DNA from: Fidelibacterota bacterium
Lineage (GTDB): Bacteria > Fidelibacterota > Fidelibacteria > Fidelibacterales > DSDE01
DNA length: 64,000 nucleotides
NCBI GenBank assembly: GCA_046735395.1
Contig: JBJKQR010000008.1
Location: forward strand, 32,001-96,000
Reading direction: 5' to 3'
Shown: piece after piece, positions 59,427 through 64,000 of the stretch
Layout of the letters: every line of letters starts with the position of its first letter
Position numbering within the stretch: the first letter of the stretch is position 1
Made by a program: the position numbers and the translations under genes
The notes under the pieces: model-generated
What the model was told of the DNA's origin: nothing
What the model saw: the letters and a program-made list of their open reading frames with translations, nothing else
Databases searched by the model: none

Positions 59427-60011
59427 ATGACGGATATGCAGGCCAGAGCCTACGAAACGGAAAAACTGTTTGAAAAGGCGGATTATACCGCAGCAGGTTT
59501 TCCCCGGGGTGAATATGAAAAGTGTGAATTCCGGGACTGCAATTTCGGAGATGTCGATCTGTCAGGATGCCGCTTCGTTGATTGTCATTTTCAGCGCTGC
59601 AATCTGAGCCTGGCGAAGATCCACGACACATCGCTCCGGGATGTACATTTCAGCGAATGCAAAATGCTGGGACTGCATTTCGATGCCTGCCGCAAGTTCG
59701 GGCTGGCCTTTGATTTTGAGGACTGCAATCTGTCTCATAGTCTGTTTCGTGAACTGAAGCTGGAACGCACGGTATTCCGGAATTGCCTGCTGAATGGCTG
59801 TGATTTCACATCATCGGATCTCTGTCTGGCGCAGTTTGACGACTGTGATCTGGCGGAGGCGATTTTTGAGCAGTGCAGGCTGGAGGAAGCGGATTTCAGA
59901 AGCGCCCGCAATGTTGTGCTGGATCCGGATGCGAACCGTATCCGGAACGCGAAATTCTCTCTCTTCGGCCTGCCCGGCCTGCTGATGAAGTACGACCTGG
60001 ATATTGAATAG
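59427..60011 (+). CDS. Pentapeptide repeat protein
   Basis: Continuous five-residue periodicity (CEFRD CNFGD VDLSG CRFVD ... ADFRS). Confidence 0.92.
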   Translation: MTDMQARAYETEKLFEKADYTAAGFPRGEYEKCEFRDCNFGDVDLSGCRFVDCHFQRCNLSLAKIHDTSLRDVHFSECKMLGLHFDACRKFGLAFDFEDCNLSHSLFRELKLERTVFRNCLLNGCDFTSSDLCLAQFDDCDLAEAIFEQCRLEEADFRSARNVVLDPDANRIRNAKFSLFGLPGLLMKYDLDIE

Positions 60012-60092
60012 GGATTAATCATTCGGCCGGGGGCCGGGATCTTATAAAACCCGGATCTTGACTTCAGGTATGAATCGCAGTAATATTGTTAC

Positions 60093-60239
60093 ATGGGATA
60101 TTCATTCGTTGACATCGCCTTCAGTTATACCGTGATCATATATGTTATTTTCTTTGTTGTGAGATTCCTGATCGCGGTAATCCGAAATGAAGGCGGCAAC
60201 GGCGGCCTTCCTCCCGAAATCCGGCGTTTTCTCAAATAA
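60093..60239 (+). CDS. Small single-TM protein (48 aa), not in the ORF track
   Basis: MGYSFVDIAFSYTVIIYVIFFVVRFLIAVIRNEGGNGGLPPEIRRFLK; TTGACT-17 nt-TAATAT ends 6 nt before the ATG. Confidence 0.6.
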   Translation: MGYSFVDIAFSYTVIIYVIFFVVRFLIAVIRNEGGNGGLPPEIRRFLK

Positions 60240-60341
60240 AATCAGTCGACAGGGCCTTTATCGTGAAATTTCAGTCGGGCTGTATACCGTTATTATAAAA
60301 TATTAAATAAAAATGGATAAGGTTGAACCTCTTCCGGAGGA

Positions 60342-60917
60342 TCAGGACAGCAGCATGAGAAACAAGGCCGCTGTGACAGGGATGGTGAGATTGTCATCAA
60401 TGCCCTGGATCAGGCTTTCGGCCAGGGCGGCCGCAATCACCGCGGCCAGGACGGCGATGAGAGGCAGTTCGGGAAAACCGATGAGAAGGACGGCCAGGCC
60501 GGTGAAAATGAAGGTCAGTGTTCCCTCCAGCGTATGACTATGAATCCAGCGGATCCGGCCCCATTTTTTTCCCACCAGCGCGGCGGCGGCATCCCCCCAG
60601 TGAAGGATGAGCATGGAGGCAATGGCGATTTGTGTGGGGACGGTCCAGAACAGCAGGGTCATGGACAGCATCATCCAGGTGGCGCCCGTTAGCTTGAATT
60701 CCCGCTCCTCACTTTCCCTCATGGCCCAGGCGGCGAGAAAATGAAAAATGGTATTGAGAGCGGTGGACCAGCGCCGGAAAAAATCCATGGATACAAAGAC
60801 AGCGGTCCCGGCTGAAATCAGGATAAGCATGGGCATTTTGGGCATAAACAGGAAACTCAGGGGGAGAATGGCAGACACGATGTGAATGCTTTTTCTATCC
60901 AGCTCCGTCCGCATCAT
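60342..60917 (-). CDS. SEC59/DGK1/VTE5-like CTP-dependent lipid kinase
   Basis: RKSIH, GDAAAALVG, TLEGT, IDDNLTIP. Confidence 0.85.
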   Translation of the reverse strand: MMRTELDRKSIHIVSAILPLSFLFMPKMPMLILISAGTAVFVSMDFFRRWSTALNTIFHFLAAWAMRESEEREFKLTGATWMMLSMTLLFWTVPTQIAIASMLILHWGDAAAALVGKKWGRIRWIHSHTLEGTLTFIFTGLAVLLIGFPELPLIAVLAAVIAAALAESLIQGIDDNLTIPVTAALFLMLLS

Positions 60918-60934
60918 GGGCTTATCTCATCGCC

Positions 60935-61672
60935 TCAGGGCTGTTCCGGCAGCTTGCTGACAACCAGATTGATCTTTTTCTTTTCCCGGACTTCGACGCC
61001 CGGATCTATGGATTGGGACATGACCGTATACGGTGTGAAATCGTCAGAAAATTCGTAAATGATATTACCGACCTCGAGCCCGGCGTCCTGTATGGCGGCG
61101 ATGGCCGACTGTTCGCTGGAGAAGACTACATCCGGGACGGTGTAGAAGGGTGAGATGCCCAGGCTGACCCGAAGCTGTACGCCGGTATTTCTGGATACGC
61201 GGCTTCCCCGCTCCGGCTGCTGCTGTATGACCACATCCTTGGGCCGGCTGCTGTATTCGTACAGAACCGTATCCAGAACCAGGTTGTTTTCGTTGATCAG
61301 AAGCTGGGCGCCACGAAGGGTTTTTCCGATCAGGTCGGGAATGGGAAAGTTCTTTTCAGCCGTACTGACGGTGAGGTACACACGGCGGCCGAGCTTTACC
61401 TTCTGCCCTGCCTTGGGCTGCTGATCCAGAACCGTAAAGGGCGGCATATCCGGCCGGGCCTGGGTTTCTCCGCGGATGGGAACAAATCCCTCCCGGCGCA
61501 GCAGACTTGAGGCTTCATCCCAGCTCAGCCCGGACACCGTGAGCAGAATCCGTTCCTGTCCCTGGTCCACATAGGCCGGCAATACAAAATAATTCACGAC
61601 CAACACAAGACCGAGACTGACAATGGAAAAAATGATGAGGAAGTAAAAGAGTTTAAGGACGCGTGCTTTCAT
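60935..61672 (-). CDS. PASTA-domain protein (three repeats, N-terminal TM)
   Basis: IPDLIGKTLRGA, VIQQQPERG, VPDVVF...SQSIDPG. Confidence 0.88.
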   Translation of the reverse strand: MKARVLKLFYFLIIFSIVSLGLVLVVNYFVLPAYVDQGQERILLTVSGLSWDEASSLLRREGFVPIRGETQARPDMPPFTVLDQQPKAGQKVKLGRRVYLTVSTAEKNFPIPDLIGKTLRGAQLLINENNLVLDTVLYEYSSRPKDVVIQQQPERGSRVSRNTGVQLRVSLGISPFYTVPDVVFSSEQSAIAAIQDAGLEVGNIIYEFSDDFTPYTVMSQSIDPGVEVREKKKINLVVSKLPEQP

Positions 61673-61683
61673 TGGCAGGAAAT

Positions 61684-62991
61684 TTACTTTTTTTTCAGGG
61701 CAATAGCAAAGGAACCTTCAGCCTCGTGGAGATGGGGAAGGGTCTGAATAGCGCCGGATTCGGTGACCAGGCTTGGCGGAAAGCCCGCGGGAGCCGGAAC
61801 AATGCTGAAATTCGGATGTTTTTCGAGAAATTTTGTGACCACACCCATGTTTTCCTCAAAATCGAAGGTACAGGTGCTGTACACGAGAAGTCCGCCATGT
61901 GTAATGGATTTCTGGACATTATGGAGAATTTTCTGCTGCAGCTGGCTGAGATCTGAGATGTCACCGGGCTGCCGTCGCCAGCGCAGGTCGCTGCGTTTCC
62001 GGATGACACCAAAGCCTGAGCAGGGCGCATCCACGAGAAAATGAGAGGACTTCTGAAAGGAATTCCGCGATGCGTCGGCTTCCAGATATTCGATATTGTC
62101 ATAGCGGAGCCGCTGCATATTCTTCTTCACCTGTTCCAGCCGGAAGGAACTCACGTCGCAGGCGGTCACCGGAATCGTTCCGGGCAGAAGGGTCTTGATC
62201 ATTCCCAGCTTGCCTCCCGGTGCGGAACAAACATCAGTCACCGACTCGGGGGGTTGACTGGTGAGCAGCTTGACGGGGAACAGGGTGGATACATCCTGGA
62301 TGGAAATATGTCCTTTCTGCAGGAGGTCATGGCTCAGCAGCGGTTGGAGTGAGCGAACGTGCACGAAGGCCGGATGGTAGGGATTTACCACCGGATTCAG
62401 ATCCAATTGCCCGAGTGTATCGAGAATACGTTCCCGCTGCTGTGTATCGTAGATAAAAATCATTTTCAGCGGATCGGAATTCAGCGTGGCCAGCAGTTTT
62501 TCCCAGGATTCGGGAAATTGCTGCTGCCAGCGCAGAACCAGCCAGTCCGGAAAGGAATAGCGGATCCCGGCCGGAATAGACCGATCCAGCATGAATTTTT
62601 TCCATTCATCACTGTCGCGAAAGAGAAGAATTTTTCGAAGCAGGGCATTCAGAAAGCCGGAAGACTGGGGTGTGAGTTTTTTTGCGAGACGCACCGTGGC
62701 GTGGACGGTGGCATAATCCCGGGACGCCCCCTGATGAAGAATTTCGTAGCTTCCCATCCAGGCCAGGATCTTGACATTTTCGTGAAGTGCCTTATGCCGG
62801 TTGCGGAACCGGGCACCGATATGATCCAGCTGCCGGTGCATCATGACGGTACCATTGACGAGATTGTCGAGAAACCGTTTGTCGCGGTCCTTCACGCTTC
62901 CGGATACGCTTTCCAGAATATGGTCAATATATTTCGTGCTGTTTAGCCAGCTTTTCAGCGCTTTGAACGCGTACAGACGTGATTCGCTCAC
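61684..62991 (-). CDS. rsmB: 16S rRNA m5C967 methyltransferase (Sun)
   Basis: NusB-like N-terminus; DVCSAPGGK, VDAPCSG, VYSTCT; follows fmt. Confidence 0.92.
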   Translation of the reverse strand: MSESRLYAFKALKSWLNSTKYIDHILESVSGSVKDRDKRFLDNLVNGTVMMHRQLDHIGARFRNRHKALHENVKILAWMGSYEILHQGASRDYATVHATVRLAKKLTPQSSGFLNALLRKILLFRDSDEWKKFMLDRSIPAGIRYSFPDWLVLRWQQQFPESWEKLLATLNSDPLKMIFIYDTQQRERILDTLGQLDLNPVVNPYHPAFVHVRSLQPLLSHDLLQKGHISIQDVSTLFPVKLLTSQPPESVTDVCSAPGGKLGMIKTLLPGTIPVTACDVSSFRLEQVKKNMQRLRYDNIEYLEADASRNSFQKSSHFLVDAPCSGFGVIRKRSDLRWRRQPGDISDLSQLQQKILHNVQKSITHGGLLVYSTCTFDFEENMGVVTKFLEKHPNFSIVPAPAGFPPSLVTESGAIQTLPHLHEAEGSFAIALKKK

Positions 62992-62999
62992 ATGATGTC

Positions 63000-63920
63000 C
63001 TATCTGATATATTCCTGAAGACGGAATCCGTTCATGAATGCGGCCGTATCCATGGCCTTCCGTCCGGGCAGCTGCAGCTGAAGCGGTTTAAGCAGGCCTT
63101 CTCCGCAGCCGATCGCGAAACTCTTTTTATCCGCCATGATCAGTTGTCCGGGAGCCGCTGCGTCCGGGGACGGCAGTGCTTCCGCCTCAAATATTTTTAC
63201 TTTATGATCTCCGAGCATGAAATAGCAGCCGGGAAAGGGATTGAAGGCGCGGATATGATTGACCAGATCCACGGCACGGCGGCTGAAGTCCAGTTCTCCC
63301 ATTTCGGGAAAAATTTTGGGTGCGGGCGTAGCGGTCTCGTTATTCTGCGGCCGGGCCTGCAGAGACCCGTCTTCCAGGCCGTCCAGTGTTTCGACGAGCA
63401 GTTCGGCAGCCAGGATTTTCATCGTGTCATAGAGCGTCCCCGTTGTATCTTTGTCCAGAATGGGAAGGCTGCGCTGAAGCAAAATTCCACCCGTATCCAC
63501 GCTGCGGTCAATTTTGAAGGTAGTGATTCCTGTTTCCTTTTCACCATGATAGACCGCCCAGTGAATGGGCGCGGCGCCCCGGTATTTCGGAAGCAGGCTG
63601 CCGTGGGCATTGACGGCGCCGAAGCGGGGAATGGCGAAGAGGGGGGCCGGGAGGATCCGGAAGGCGACCACCACGAAGATATCCGGTGCGAGCCGTTTCA
63701 TAGATTCCTGAAAATCCCCGCTTTTCAGGGAGGTGGGCTGGTAAACGGGCAGGCCCAGTTCGTGAGCGCAGATTTTTACTTCCGGTGCTGCCGCCTTCAG
63801 TCCCCGGCCGCGGATTTTATCCGGAGCCGTGACGACTGCGAGTACATCATGATGTGATCGGGCAAGATAGCGGAGGGCGGGGACCGCGAAATCAGGCGTC
63901 CCCATAAATACGATTTTCAT
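63000..63920 (-). CDS. fmt: Methionyl-tRNA formyltransferase
   Basis: FMGTPDFA, NAHGSLLPKYRGAAP, RAFNPFPG. Confidence 0.98.
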   Translation of the reverse strand: MKIVFMGTPDFAVPALRYLARSHHDVLAVVTAPDKIRGRGLKAAAPEVKICAHELGLPVYQPTSLKSGDFQESMKRLAPDIFVVVAFRILPAPLFAIPRFGAVNAHGSLLPKYRGAAPIHWAVYHGEKETGITTFKIDRSVDTGGILLQRSLPILDKDTTGTLYDTMKILAAELLVETLDGLEDGSLQARPQNNETATPAPKIFPEMGELDFSRRAVDLVNHIRAFNPFPGCYFMLGDHKVKIFEAEALPSPDAAAPGQLIMADKKSFAIGCGEGLLKPLQLQLPGRKAMDTAAFMNGFRLQEYIR

Positions 63921-64000
63921 CAGCCGTGATGCTTCTGGGTAAGGGCGATTTCCTTTAACTGCTTTTTCAGCAGTTTTCTGCGAAGCGGATTGATGCGATC
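63920..64000 (-). CDS. def: Peptide deformylase, C-terminal 26 aa (truncated by window edge)
   Basis: DRINPLRRKLLKKQLKEI is a typical Def tail; TGA overlaps the fmt ATG. Confidence 0.7.
   Translation of the reverse strand, partial: DRINPLRRKLLKKQLKEIALTQKHHG

Overview
Bacterial chromosomal window, moderately GC-rich. The QNYPNPFNP type-IX-secretion sorting motif and a PorV-like gene point to an FCB-group organism (inference; e.g. Marinimicrobia/Calditrichota-like). Core content: nqrA(partial)BCDEF, a mod-type ABC transporter, carAB, pepF, an ECF sigma/anti-sigma module, argR-argGHCJBD with tandem ARG boxes, a TetR/LolA-like/beta-barrel/MMPL cluster, asd-lysC, surface-polysaccharide genes, serS, plsC, prfC, tRNA-Thr(CGT) and def(partial)-fmt-rsmB. 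Two accessory, visibly AT-richer regions stand out. (1) About 14.6-22.3 kb: a mosaic of REP-like palindromes and octamer arrays, a RelE/HTH toxin-antitoxin pair, a PorV-like gene coupled to a CTD-only lipoprotein, and secreted/membrane genes. Three copies of a GTAG-type REP bracket these genes like cassettes, and one copy looks like the head-to-tail junction of the REP-bounded nuclease cassette. (2) About 56.1-58.7 kb next to tRNA-Thr: a DUF433/PIN toxin-antitoxin pair plus an RNxxxH (HEPN-like) orphan. No integrase, transposase or CRISPR array is visible. All family assignments come from recognising motifs by eye, not from database searches.
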